A DNA stretch of 62,864 bases, counting the filler, from Stramenopiles sp. TOSAG23-2 (Eukaryota), in the NCBI GenBank assembly GCA_900128395.1. It is 12 parts of 12 records of this genome, joined end to end, with 100 filler letters (N's around TTAATTAATTAA, not from the genome) between each part and the next. Parts side by side here need not be neighbours in the genome. Positions count along the whole stretch, not along the records: positions 31,534 to 36,678 come from LT650720.1; positions 36,779 to 41,921 come from LT650721.1; positions 42,022 to 47,164 come from LT650722.1; 9 more parts are not named here. One strand, given 5' to 3'. The position numbers and the translations under genes are program-made. Under the pieces are notes generated by a model. It did not search any database. It was not told the DNA's origin and saw nothing but the letters and a program-made list of their open reading frames with translations. Positions 32,448-42,562 of this stretch are shown here, in pieces. The number at the start of each line of letters is the position of its first letter. Position 1 is the stretch's first letter.

Positions 32448-35400
32448 GATGATATTGATGACTTGTACAATAAAAGTTCTTCGTCTAATGCAACACAAGT
32501 GGCTTATAATAATAATAATAATAATACTTTAAATAATAATCAAGTTAATACATATAATAATCCAATGAGTGCAAGAACAACATCGGCCCTTTCAACTGGA
32601 TATTCTACAACAACAACAACAACAAGTACTGCTACAATTAATAATGCTGTAAATACAAACAATGAAAAACAGAAATTTTATAATAATAATAATAATAATA
32701 ATAATGTGAAAAAATTAAATAATAATAATAATAACAAAAATAATAGCAGTGCATCTTCATTTTCTTTCCACTTAAATAATAATAACAAAAATGAACGTAT
32801 ATTATTTTCCTCAGATGATGATATCGAATATTCAGATGAAGATAAAGATGAAAATATTCGTGATATCGTCGATGAAGAAGAATTGCTTCTTGTAAAAAAG
32901 ATCTATCCACTGATACGAGCACTGGACAAAGATAAGTCTAGTAAAGAAGAAACTCGTTGCTGTGATTATTTTATTAAGGAAATCATGACGAAAGATGATG
33001 CAATGAACGTATATACAATATTAAAAAAATGGATTATTGATAGAGAAGTTGTAGATATCAAATTAAAGCATTATATACGCCCATCGAAGGAAGAAGGAAA
33101 AAAATTATTATTGAATTCAACTCATATAAGAAAATTAATAAGGGTATTTCATATGGCATTTGGATGGCAACATAAGAATTCAGATAAATTAACATACCCT
33201 GGACTGATTAAAACATGGGGAAGCCTTTTAGCAGATTTGATTGAGAGCATGTGTGAGTATTTGTCCCCGGAAAATTGTATAAAAAATATGAATACAACAT
33301 TAGCAAAATGGAAACAGCGACAGATGATATCAAGATCTGTTATTCATGAAGCTATTCGTAAAGCAAATGCTGTTACGAGGGCGCATATTGCAAGACGTGA
33401 AGAGAAGGCAAAACGGAGGAAACGAAAGCATATGGAAGGTAGCACTAGTGATAACAAAAATAACAGCAACAGTACTATTTTTACTACTACATCTACTACA
33501 GCTGATGATAATAACATGTATAATAATAATAACAATATTGATAACAGCAATTATAAAAAGTCCCGTGTTGATTCTTTTTTATCGAACGAGTCATTACAAG
33601 GTGAGCGTAAAGATAATAAAAGCACTAGGAAGGAGGATCATGAAGAAGAAGAAGAACAAGAAGAGCTTGATGAAGATATTTCGTGTGTAACACCACCACC
33701 TATGCAGAGTGATGATATTGATGAAGACGATGAGGTCGATGCTGTAAAAAATAAAAAGATGGACTATGAAGAATACGTTAGAAATGCCAATGAAGATAGA
33801 ATTCTAAAAGGTATTGAAGCGGAGAGAAAGTATAATAGCATTGATTTTAAAACGATTTCAATTAATACATATATTAACAAAAGGAAAACTCTAGTACCAA
33901 ACATATTTAACAACGAACGGGATGAGGCATTGGAAAAAGAAAAACGTGATCAAAATATCAGAAAAACAATTCATGCTAAAGAGGATGCAAATACTGGTAT
34001 AATTTACAGTGATAGTGACGAAGATGATGAGGATGAAAACGATACGATTGATTATCGTAAAATATTTCGACCTCCAATTCCTTCCCCAATTGGTGAAATC
34101 ATACGTGCTGATTGCATTGGCGAAATGATGAAGTCTATGATGAATGTACTATTCCATGCTAAACAACCTGATGGAAGTGATAGTTACAACGCTTCCAACA
34201 CCGCTTTTAGTAATAACAGTAGTTTTGACGATTCTAACAATACGTCTAATGATAATGAATTGACCCCTATAGTCACTGATAGCGTTGATGCCGAAATTGA
34301 CAATCTTTTAAATGATGCTTATGATGATGATGATGATGATAATGATAATTTTAACGATAATGGATCAAATAGCATTGAAACAAATACGTCCTGGGAAGGA
34401 TCAACGGTAACTCCATGGGGCAATACAACAGCAACATCGTTCAACGCATTGGAGGAGACAACGGAGGCGACGACAACAACAACAACGACGACTACGACAA
34501 CTAATGAACTTAATGTTGCCTCAACATTGTCAACATCAGCATCTGTATTTGATACAAAAAAATGGAGAAAAGCAATTGGGAAACTTATTGGAAATTACAT
34601 TTTTGATTTAATTGGAATAAGTTATCTAGAAGAAAAAGCGATGACGAGTGACAAGTTTGCTACTAGAATGTTATATAATCAATATAAAGAAAGTATGAAA
34701 TTGGCATTAGATCCATTGTTTGGCATTCCGTGCGAACCGTCTGGTATTACGGACAATAGCAAGCGTTTTCAAAGTTTTCAATCGCGTTTAAGGATAATAG
34801 AGGATTTTGAAAACCATAATATGAACCCAACCACGGTGAAAACACTATTTACATATATCGAACGCGAATGCTTTGCAAAAAATATCTCATCGATTCGAAG
34901 ACCCCAAGCGTTTTTATCAACATCAAGTTATAAAATAAATATAAAACGTCAACATTCAAGCACGAGTAAAAATGATATGTTGTTAGAATTAGAATTAGTA
35001 CAAGTCAACAGTAGTGGAGAGCAATGGGAACATAATGCTAGTAACAACAGTAATACCGTGCAAATACTAGAAAGTCACTTCAATTTATTGAAAGAATCAT
35101 ATATTTTACATCAAAGTTCGTTGTTAGAATTAGTAAAACATAAGGATGAGCCAAACTTTGATTATGAAGAAGACGACAAAGTAAATGCGGAAGGAGGAGA
35201 TAAAAAGCATGGAGGGAAAGAAAGAAAGAAAAAAGCAACTATCGAGAATATGGATTTAAGCAACGAAAACGAAAATGTCTTTCTCGGTTATGTATTTGCA
35301 TTAGTTACTCGATATGAAACATTGTTCTCAGCAAATGCTGGTTCACAAAGTGCTATACCACCACCTGTATTCTCGGTATTAAAAAAATATTTAAATGTCG

Positions 35401-35987
35401 ATGGTGAATGTTTTGCTTCACCTTTAAATCATCAATTGCCCTTGTATTTTAGTGCCTTTCAAGACATTGATAAAGTGTTTGGTTCGCTAGGACCCTTTTT
35501 TGACACCGATAATCCAATAGAAGAAGGATCGTGGCAGTGCAATCCACCATTTGATGTCAATTCAATCTTTGTCGCGCTAAGAACAATTTCAACGATTTTA
35601 CATAAAGCCGAGCAAGGAAATAAATCTGTAACATTTTCAGTATTTTTCGCCGATGTATCCCAGAATCAAGGTGTTGAAAGTGTCATTAATTCTATGGGAT
35701 GTTATAAACGTGCAGATACTATTATTAAGGAGCATTGTTATATGTATGGTTTTCGTCATCGACCTATAAATAGTGGGCAATTTCGCAATACCGCGAGAAA
35801 TGATAGCACTCGTATGAATATATTTTGGGAGCCAAGAAGAGTTACAAGGTTTTTAATTTTTCAAACAACTGCAGCATTTCAAGAATTGTGTCATAATGAT
35901 CTAAAACATGTTGAAAAAATTGTTGGTGAAATCAGAGAAGCATTTGCACATAATATTAATGTTGCAAAAAATGAGTGGAGATATTAA
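32430..35987 (+). CDS. PCIF1: PCIF1/CAPAM-like cap-specific adenosine N6-methyltransferase domain protein
   Basis: C-terminal RYETL..GSQSAIPPPVF, ECFASPLN, YFSAFQDIDKVFGSLGPFF and GSWQCNPPF (catalytic NPPF at 35541-35552). Confidence 0.83.
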   Translation: MDFDFDDDIDDLYNKSSSSNATQVAYNNNNNNTLNNNQVNTYNNPMSARTTSALSTGYSTTTTTTSTATINNAVNTNNEKQKFYNNNNNNNNVKKLNNNNNNKNNSSASSFSFHLNNNNKNERILFSSDDDIEYSDEDKDENIRDIVDEEELLLVKKIYPLIRALDKDKSSKEETRCCDYFIKEIMTKDDAMNVYTILKKWIIDREVVDIKLKHYIRPSKEEGKKLLLNSTHIRKLIRVFHMAFGWQHKNSDKLTYPGLIKTWGSLLADLIESMCEYLSPENCIKNMNTTLAKWKQRQMISRSVIHEAIRKANAVTRAHIARREEKAKRRKRKHMEGSTSDNKNNSNSTIFTTTSTTADDNNMYNNNNNIDNSNYKKSRVDSFLSNESLQGERKDNKSTRKEDHEEEEEQEELDEDISCVTPPPMQSDDIDEDDEVDAVKNKKMDYEEYVRNANEDRILKGIEAERKYNSIDFKTISINTYINKRKTLVPNIFNNERDEALEKEKRDQNIRKTIHAKEDANTGIIYSDSDEDDEDENDTIDYRKIFRPPIPSPIGEIIRADCIGEMMKSMMNVLFHAKQPDGSDSYNASNTAFSNNSSFDDSNNTSNDNELTPIVTDSVDAEIDNLLNDAYDDDDDDNDNFNDNGSNSIETNTSWEGSTVTPWGNTTATSFNALEETTEATTTTTTTTTTTNELNVASTLSTSASVFDTKKWRKAIGKLIGNYIFDLIGISYLEEKAMTSDKFATRMLYNQYKESMKLALDPLFGIPCEPSGITDNSKRFQSFQSRLRIIEDFENHNMNPTTVKTLFTYIERECFAKNISSIRRPQAFLSTSSYKINIKRQHSSTSKNDMLLELELVQVNSSGEQWEHNASNNSNTVQILESHFNLLKESYILHQSSLLELVKHKDEPNFDYEEDDKVNAEGGDKKHGGKERKKKATIENMDLSNENENVFLGYVFALVTRYETLFSANAGSQSAIPPPVFSVLKKYLNVDGECFASPLNHQLPLYFSAFQDIDKVFGSLGPFFDTDNPIEEGSWQCNPPFDVNSIFVALRTISTILHKAEQGNKSVTFSVFFADVSQNQGVESVINSMGCYKRADTIIKEHCYMYGFRHRPINSGQFRNTARNDSTRMNIFWEPRRVTRFLIFQTTAAFQELCHNDLKHVEKIVGEIREAFAHNINVAKNEWRY

Positions 35988-36678
35988 AATTGTACCTATA
36001 ACATGTACGTACAATATTCGTAGATTAATATAATGTATTGTGCACGCGTATGTAATGAATAAGATGAGATACATACGGCGGTACCATATTATTTTATTGG
36101 TTAAATTTTAATGATGGTTAAATTTTGTATATAATGATGGTTAAATTTTTATAAAAATAAAAAATTATTTGTTTCAAAAAAGGATTTGCACATTTCGTGT
36201 ATAAATATTACTGTATGTTGATGGATGTCTATAATTTTATTAATACCACCTAACCACACATCATTATTTCCTTTAATATACTGTAACATCATAGATCAAC
36301 ATTAACTTACATATTTTATTATAATGCTTCAATCAATACACACTAACACCTCTTTACTGTGTGGTATTAAAATTAAAATACAACAACGACTCGACTGCTT
36401 ACGACACATTATTAATAATACCTGCTGTTTAGCTGCTAGAGGATATCTTGTTTCATAATTGCACAATGCACACCAGGCACAATTCATACTATATATTATA
36501 ATATATATATTTATTAATCAGCATTATAAACATTGGCAGAGTTTATAAAAAATAAAGTTATAAATACTTATAATAATCATATAAGTATTACTAGACTATA
36601 TTATAATATATATTTATTGATATTGTAGTCTATTTGTAATATTTAGATATACTGTATATCTATATATCTAAATATCAC

Positions 36679-36778
36679 NNNNNNNNNNNNNNNNNNNNNN
36701 NNNNNNNNNNNNNNNNNNNNNNTTAATTAATTAANNNNNNNNNNNNNNNNNNNNNNNNNNNNNNNNNNNNNNNNNNNN
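36679..36778. other. Artificial contig linker
   Basis: N44-TTAATTAATTAA-N44. Confidence 0.99.
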
Positions 36779-36932
36779 CAGCGACACGTCGATTTTCTTC
36801 CTTATCAAAATCGAGCTTTTTTTCATGTGCAACGTCAATTGATAGTTGTAACTTACGCACAGTTTGGATTAAAGAACGAATGGTGGTTGCATAATCGTTT
36901 CCTTCATTACCATTGTTATTATTATTATACAT
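36779..36932 (-). CDS. 5' fragment of a hypothetical coiled-coil protein, truncated
   Basis: ATG-initiated, poly-Asn start, helical sequence open to the contig end. Confidence 0.45.
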
Positions 36933-37128
36933 GATATTATAAAGCGATTGGTGGAATTTCTCTGTTTCTTCTTATTTGATATCGTGATTAAGTTTATATA
37001 TGGAACTCTTTTTACACCAGAAACAATATGTTTTACTGCATACAGTGCCGCGTGTAATTATTCTGTTGTTGATAAATGTGTATATGTAAGTAATAATAAC
37101 AATATAAATATTATAAATATATCATATA

Positions 37129-38009
37129 CAGTTCTTGACCGCACCTTCCCAGCTTTTTGCTAGGAAGGTGCGTATTCACCTGAAGTCCAAAAGTTTATTC
37201 AGTTAAAGTCCAAAAGTTCTGCAATGGTATCTAATGGTACTTAATGACCAAAAATACAAAAATATGCGTCTGTAAAGTGGATATATTCACCTGAAGTCCA
37301 AATGGACATTCAAACTTCCTACCATCTCTACACTACAAATAATTATACTTGGAAACATATTTATTAAGGTTTAAATCAAAATTGTAACATAGAATTTGGT
37401 ACATTTTTTATGGATATTTTAAAAATAATCTCACAGTAGAGAGATAGCATTACAAAGGAATATAAATGTAAAACAAAATTGCATTCATCCCATACTGTGC
37501 TGTGTTAAATCATTAAGATACACGATGCACCAATTTTGCACAAGTTTTTACAAAGTTGCCTTGTTACAATGGAAATAGCACTGAAAACTTTACCTGCCAA
37601 AAAGTTTTTGGTATAGCATGTAAGCTACAATGACATAGTATTGCCCATCATTAGAAAAAACACATAGGTGTCATTTTTATTGTCAGGGAATCAGGAATGA
37701 TATCGAAAATTATTTACAGAATTTACATATAATATCCTAAAACATAATATAATAATTACATTATATAAAATTATATTTAAATAAATAATATTACTACTAT
37801 TATCCTTTTATTTAAATATTTGGAATTATGGTAATATAACCTCTTAATTACAATACAGTGCTATGTCGATGCTATTTTGATAATTATTCAGTTAAAGTCC
37901 AATATTCAGTTAAAGTCCAAAAACTTTCGTGAAAAGTTTCCTGGAATTTTGGACTTCAGGTGAATACGCACCTTCCTAGCAGATGCTGGGAAGGTGCGGT
38001 CAAGAACTG
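37129..38009. mobile_element. Tc1/mariner-type MITE, 881 bp, ~64-bp TIRs, TA target-site duplication
   Basis: TA|CAGTTCTTGACCGCACCTTCCCAGC..GCTAGGAAGGTGCGTATTCACCTGAAGTCCAAAA (37129-37192) is mirrored at 37947-38009|TA; AT-rich non-coding interior. Confidence 0.92.
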
Positions 38010-38502
38010 TAGCTGGATATTATAGCTAATATAAGAAGAAGAAGAAAGACGACTGCTGTTGATATTTTCCTGTACTGTAGTATAAATTTTAATGCTGTGA
38101 TCTCGCTGGGTGTGGTGTGCTGCTATTAATATTGGTATGTTAAGTTTCTTTATTAATAAATTTTCGTATCCGGCGACACTTTTTTGAAGGGGTTATTTCC
38201 CTCTTATTGACAAGAATATACTGTAGCAGTGTGCCAGTGCTATATTTATAATATTATATTTTTATGCGGTTATACCTGGTAATACCATATATTTGTTGTG
38301 AGTTGTGATGTGCACATGATGTGCCAAAATGTGCACATGTGTATGTATTAATAATTACATTTATATTATTTTATTTTACTACAAACAACAAACACACATG
38401 TACATTACAGTAGTATTTTTCAGTTGGCAATTGTAAAAACAAAAAAAATTTAAAATATACAGACAAAACATATATATACAAACCATCATATAAATATAAC
38501 AG

Positions 38503-39234
38503 ATGAATCCTCCAATAATTGATGCGCGTAAAGATTTCACGTTTGATAATCGTGCTTTTTTATTTGCACCTCCAGCATTTACAAAACAACGGAAACGGGA
38601 TATAAATAATGTTTTGCAAAAATATATCAAAATTTATATCTCTACTAAATATGTCCACACAGAGCGGCGTGGCAAAATTATTGAAATCAAAGATATAGAA
38701 AATGATATTGTAAAAGTTCATTATGAAAAACACGATCTTATTGAAGATGTATGTTTAAGAGAGGTTGATTGGACCATTGATGACCCTACATTGACAAGTG
38801 AAAAAACGAATCCAAATCGAGGGTATAATAAACGAAAAACAAAATTATTAGCAAAAATGAAACGTATGGGCCGACTTACGATGTTATTACGACAAAAGAC
38901 AAGCCCTACTAGCAAACAATTAACAAAAAGAAATACAACAATCGGCCTAGTAAATACTACTGCTGCATTCAAAATGAAGCGAGGGATAGGTAACAGGCAA
39001 ATAAAAGAAGAAGAAGAAGCAAAGGAAGAAAACAGGAATGAAGACTCAGAAGAAGTGTATAAGTTACAACCAACCGAATATGATTTTGAAACAAATGGTA
39101 GTAATGTAGTAGACGAGGAGGAGTCAAATAGCGATGATGAAGAAATCTCTCTGCTCTATATATATTATATACTTCGTACTCAAATAAAATATATGACACA
39201 TATAATTATATATTATATGTTGACTTATATGTGA
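38503..39234 (+). CDS. Hypothetical protein, possible Tudor-like beta-barrel; 3' end uncertain
   Basis: 243-aa ORF; RRGKIIEIKDIENDIVKVHYE...DVCLREVDW suggests an SH3/Tudor-like fold (weak). Confidence 0.5.
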   Translation: MNPPIIDARKDFTFDNRAFLFAPPAFTKQRKRDINNVLQKYIKIYISTKYVHTERRGKIIEIKDIENDIVKVHYEKHDLIEDVCLREVDWTIDDPTLTSEKTNPNRGYNKRKTKLLAKMKRMGRLTMLLRQKTSPTSKQLTKRNTTIGLVNTTAAFKMKRGIGNRQIKEEEEAKEENRNEDSEEVYKLQPTEYDFETNGSNVVDEEESNSDDEEISLLYIYYILRTQIKYMTHIIIYYMLTYM

Positions 39235-39505
39235 CTTAGATTTTAACCATCATTACTTACTCGTATTATATGTTGATATATAGATATATATATATATATA
39301 TATACACGAGTAGGAATACGTGTACTTTATTATAAAATTATTATATTTTATATGAACGCGTATAAAAATGTACGTGCAGAAATAGTGAGTATTTTATGTA
39401 ATATACATCATGTTGTATTTCATGTATATTACTATATATACATGTATATATATATATACATGTATATATAATAATATATATAAATAACTTCTTCTCCTCC
39501 TCTTT

Positions 39506-41080
39506 TTACTTTTCGTATTTAATTTTAGAGTGTAAATCTAAATGTAACCAATCCTTCGTCAAACCAAGGTAAAATTTATATTCTTTTGCTTTTTTTTTGG
39601 CTCTTTCTGTACAAGTAATGTTTAATAGGAATGATTCATCGTATACATCTTGTTCTTTTTTTATAATAAAATTTCCAATATATGCATTGATTTGTTCCAG
39701 CAAATTGATCATATCAGTAACATTATTTATATTGTATCGTTTGATCATCTTTGTTTGGTGAATTTCATTTCTTATATAATCACGATTTAAATGTGGTTTT
39801 CGGCATCGTTGAGTCGGTTTAAACATTTGTCTATATTTTCGACTTATATGATTAATTGATCCATCTATTATACCTTTATCTGAAGGAGCAATCACATCAG
39901 GCAAATCTATTTCTTGTACGCGTTCTGACTTATTCAATTCTAAAAACAAATCCTTCACTTCATCATTGGTATTGACTGGGAATATTTCAAGCGTGAATTG
40001 AAAATCTGTTACTGAGGCATTTTTATCGTTTAAAATTTCCGAAGCGGCATAGACTCTATGTTGCCCATCAAAGATACCACGGTTTTGAGGGATATCAAAT
40101 CGTGGTTGCTCGACACCTATAATTTCAAATACAGAGATGCAACCAGGGAAAACTAAATTGTTTTTTTTTACACGTACGATTTCTGCAATACGAGATTTAT
40201 CACACGGTCTTTGAAGGTGCCAAATTGGGATATTATTAATTACACTTCTGGCAGATGCAAGGTATAACTTTTTAAAACCTAAATCACATAAAAGTTTTCC
40301 ATATATTGGATGATACTCGTCGTCGTCGTCGTTTAAATTTAATACACTTTTCATGTTGGTAATGATTTCGATACTTGACGCTTTTTTTCCAATATTATTA
40401 TTGAACTCGTCCATTGAAAAGTTATTACTATTCTTATATGTATTATTATTATTATTATTATGAGTTCCAAAATCGCTGAAACAACAGTCGTCATCATGAT
40501 CCTCCTCGTCCTCCTCTTTGATATCTAAATTGAAAGGTACGATGGACAATTCCGAAGATCCTCGTCTACTAATAATAGAAATTTCATCCATTGAATGTGT
40601 TGAACCACTAGATAAACGATTAGATTGATCAGCGTTACTACTATTTGGAAGATGTTCAATTGATTTCTTTTTCTCCTTTGTTTTTTTTTTCTTCAATTTC
40701 TTCTTCTTTCTGTTTTTTCTAGTAGTTATCATGGACGATGATTGATAATGTAAGTCAATGCCACAGTTTACCAATTGATGGAAATTTTTGTCTTTCATCT
40801 CTCTCAACCGCTTTGATACCTCGACGTTGTAACTCAGTTGTCGTATACGTTCTTGCGCTTCTAGTCGAAACGGGGTAACACCTTTCTTTTTAGGGACGTA
40901 ATAATTTTTGTCGTTTAGATAACTCTCTGTATGTGGGTAAATGATCTCATCTTTTGCTGCAAAACTAATTCTGCGATTTGACCTTCCATCATTGTTATTC
41001 CTCTTATTATTGTTTTTTTTACCTTCCTTTTTATCTCTGCTCATAAATAATGAATCTTTTTTGTATGTTGTTGAATTCAT
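39506..41080 (-). CDS. DGQHR-motif (ParB/Srx-like fold) protein with a disordered N-terminal half
   Basis: IPIWHLQRPCD, FPGCISVF, GIFDGQHRVYAA, LFLELNKS, RKPHLNRD, FYLGL; likely ATG at 41080. Confidence 0.72.
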   Translation of the reverse strand: MNSTTYKKDSLFMSRDKKEGKKNNNKRNNNDGRSNRRISFAAKDEIIYPHTESYLNDKNYYVPKKKGVTPFRLEAQERIRQLSYNVEVSKRLREMKDKNFHQLVNCGIDLHYQSSSMITTRKNRKKKKLKKKKTKEKKKSIEHLPNSSNADQSNRLSSGSTHSMDEISIISRRGSSELSIVPFNLDIKEEDEEDHDDDCCFSDFGTHNNNNNNTYKNSNNFSMDEFNNNIGKKASSIEIITNMKSVLNLNDDDDEYHPIYGKLLCDLGFKKLYLASARSVINNIPIWHLQRPCDKSRIAEIVRVKKNNLVFPGCISVFEIIGVEQPRFDIPQNRGIFDGQHRVYAASEILNDKNASVTDFQFTLEIFPVNTNDEVKDLFLELNKSERVQEIDLPDVIAPSDKGIIDGSINHISRKYRQMFKPTQRCRKPHLNRDYIRNEIHQTKMIKRYNINNVTDMINLLEQINAYIGNFIIKKEQDVYDESFLLNITCTERAKKKAKEYKFYLGLTKDWLHLDLHSKIKYEK

Positions 41081-41921
41081 ATTTGATTGAAAAAAAAATA
41101 ATAATAATATGTTAATTGTACCTACTGTTTTGTATATACATACAAATTGTCTTTGTCTTTTTTGTATATATACTACGTACTTGTGTTTTGCTGAAAGAGA
41201 ATAATATTTGTATAATATTAATGTTGTTGTAGTGTTATAAATAAATATTAGTGGTGTCACTCTTTAGCACTTTGCCAGAAAACCTAAAGAAGACCTAATG
41301 CTATTTTAATACTATTTTTTATCTATCAAATTAAGTATAAAACTTTGTATTTTAATTTATAAAAACTCTGGACTTTACAAAAAAAAGCTGTGTAAAAAGT
41401 AACAGCCACAGCAGGACAGCCTGGTGTGATGACCTGATGGATGACCAGATGACAGCCTTTTTTTTCTCTCTGTTATTTATACCTGTATAATAGCTAGCTA
41501 TTAATATTTATTAATACTGTATTACATTACGACCGCGGTATAATATTAATAATATTCGTCGCACGTGGTTTACGTTATAAAAAAATAATAATATTATGAT
41601 AAATAAATAATATTAGTCTAATAATAATAATATTATTATTATTACTCATATTATATTATTATTATATATATATATATATTTATTATATATACATACGATA
41701 ATATAAATCTATTATAAATGATATATTTTTTAATATATTATAAATTCATTATATTGTATACATAAATATAAGACGACTATCGTATATACCAAATGGTATA
41801 GATGTACATACTACATATATTAGATCTATAATAATAATAATAAATAATATACGATAATTTATCCATATAACCACCATGCCACGTAAAGATAGTGCTATGT
41901 TGGCAGAAATTAAGTCTTGGG

Positions 41922-42021
41922 NNNNNNNNNNNNNNNNNNNNNNNNNNNNNNNNNNNNNNNNNNNNTTAATTAATTAANNNNNNNNNNNNNNNNNNNNNNN
42001 NNNNNNNNNNNNNNNNNNNNN
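41922..42021. other. Artificial contig linker
   Basis: N44-TTAATTAATTAA-N44. Confidence 0.99.
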
Positions 42022-42562
42022 CTCAGAATTCCTGATTTTGGGCTGTAGCAGGCGAAGATGAGGGGATCGAGTAGGAGAGCTGGAGCTCAGATGCTCAGAT
42101 GCAGCAGTTGTGGTAGACTATTAAGTATACTGTACCGGTAGACTACAGTATACCGGTGGTTTAGTAAAGTTATTTTTTTGTGGAGAGGGGAGCGAGGAGA
42201 ACTCTGGACACCAGAGAAGTTGAATGGATGGCAGGCGTGTGAGGACTATTTTTACTCACGTATTCGATCCAATACTAATACAGTAGTAATACCATAGCTT
42301 TACCACATCATGAAGGTACATATGATGATGATGATAGGCCCATTGATCTCTCTGGAGGATGGCCAGGATGGCTCTGATCGATGATTTATTACTACTTGGT
42401 GTAATATACACTTACTGTAGAAATTAAGAAATAAAGTGCAAAGTTGCATCCTACATGCTTTTGCAAAGATTTAATCATTGGATTCATCAAAATAAAATAT
42501 ATGAATATAAATAACTACTTATTTCTTGATAATTATTACCAGCTTATAATAATATTGAAAGT

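Noticed and set aside
41876..41921. Possible gene start ACCACCATG-PRKDSAMLAEIKSW at the contig end
   Set aside because: Only 15 codons; too short to support
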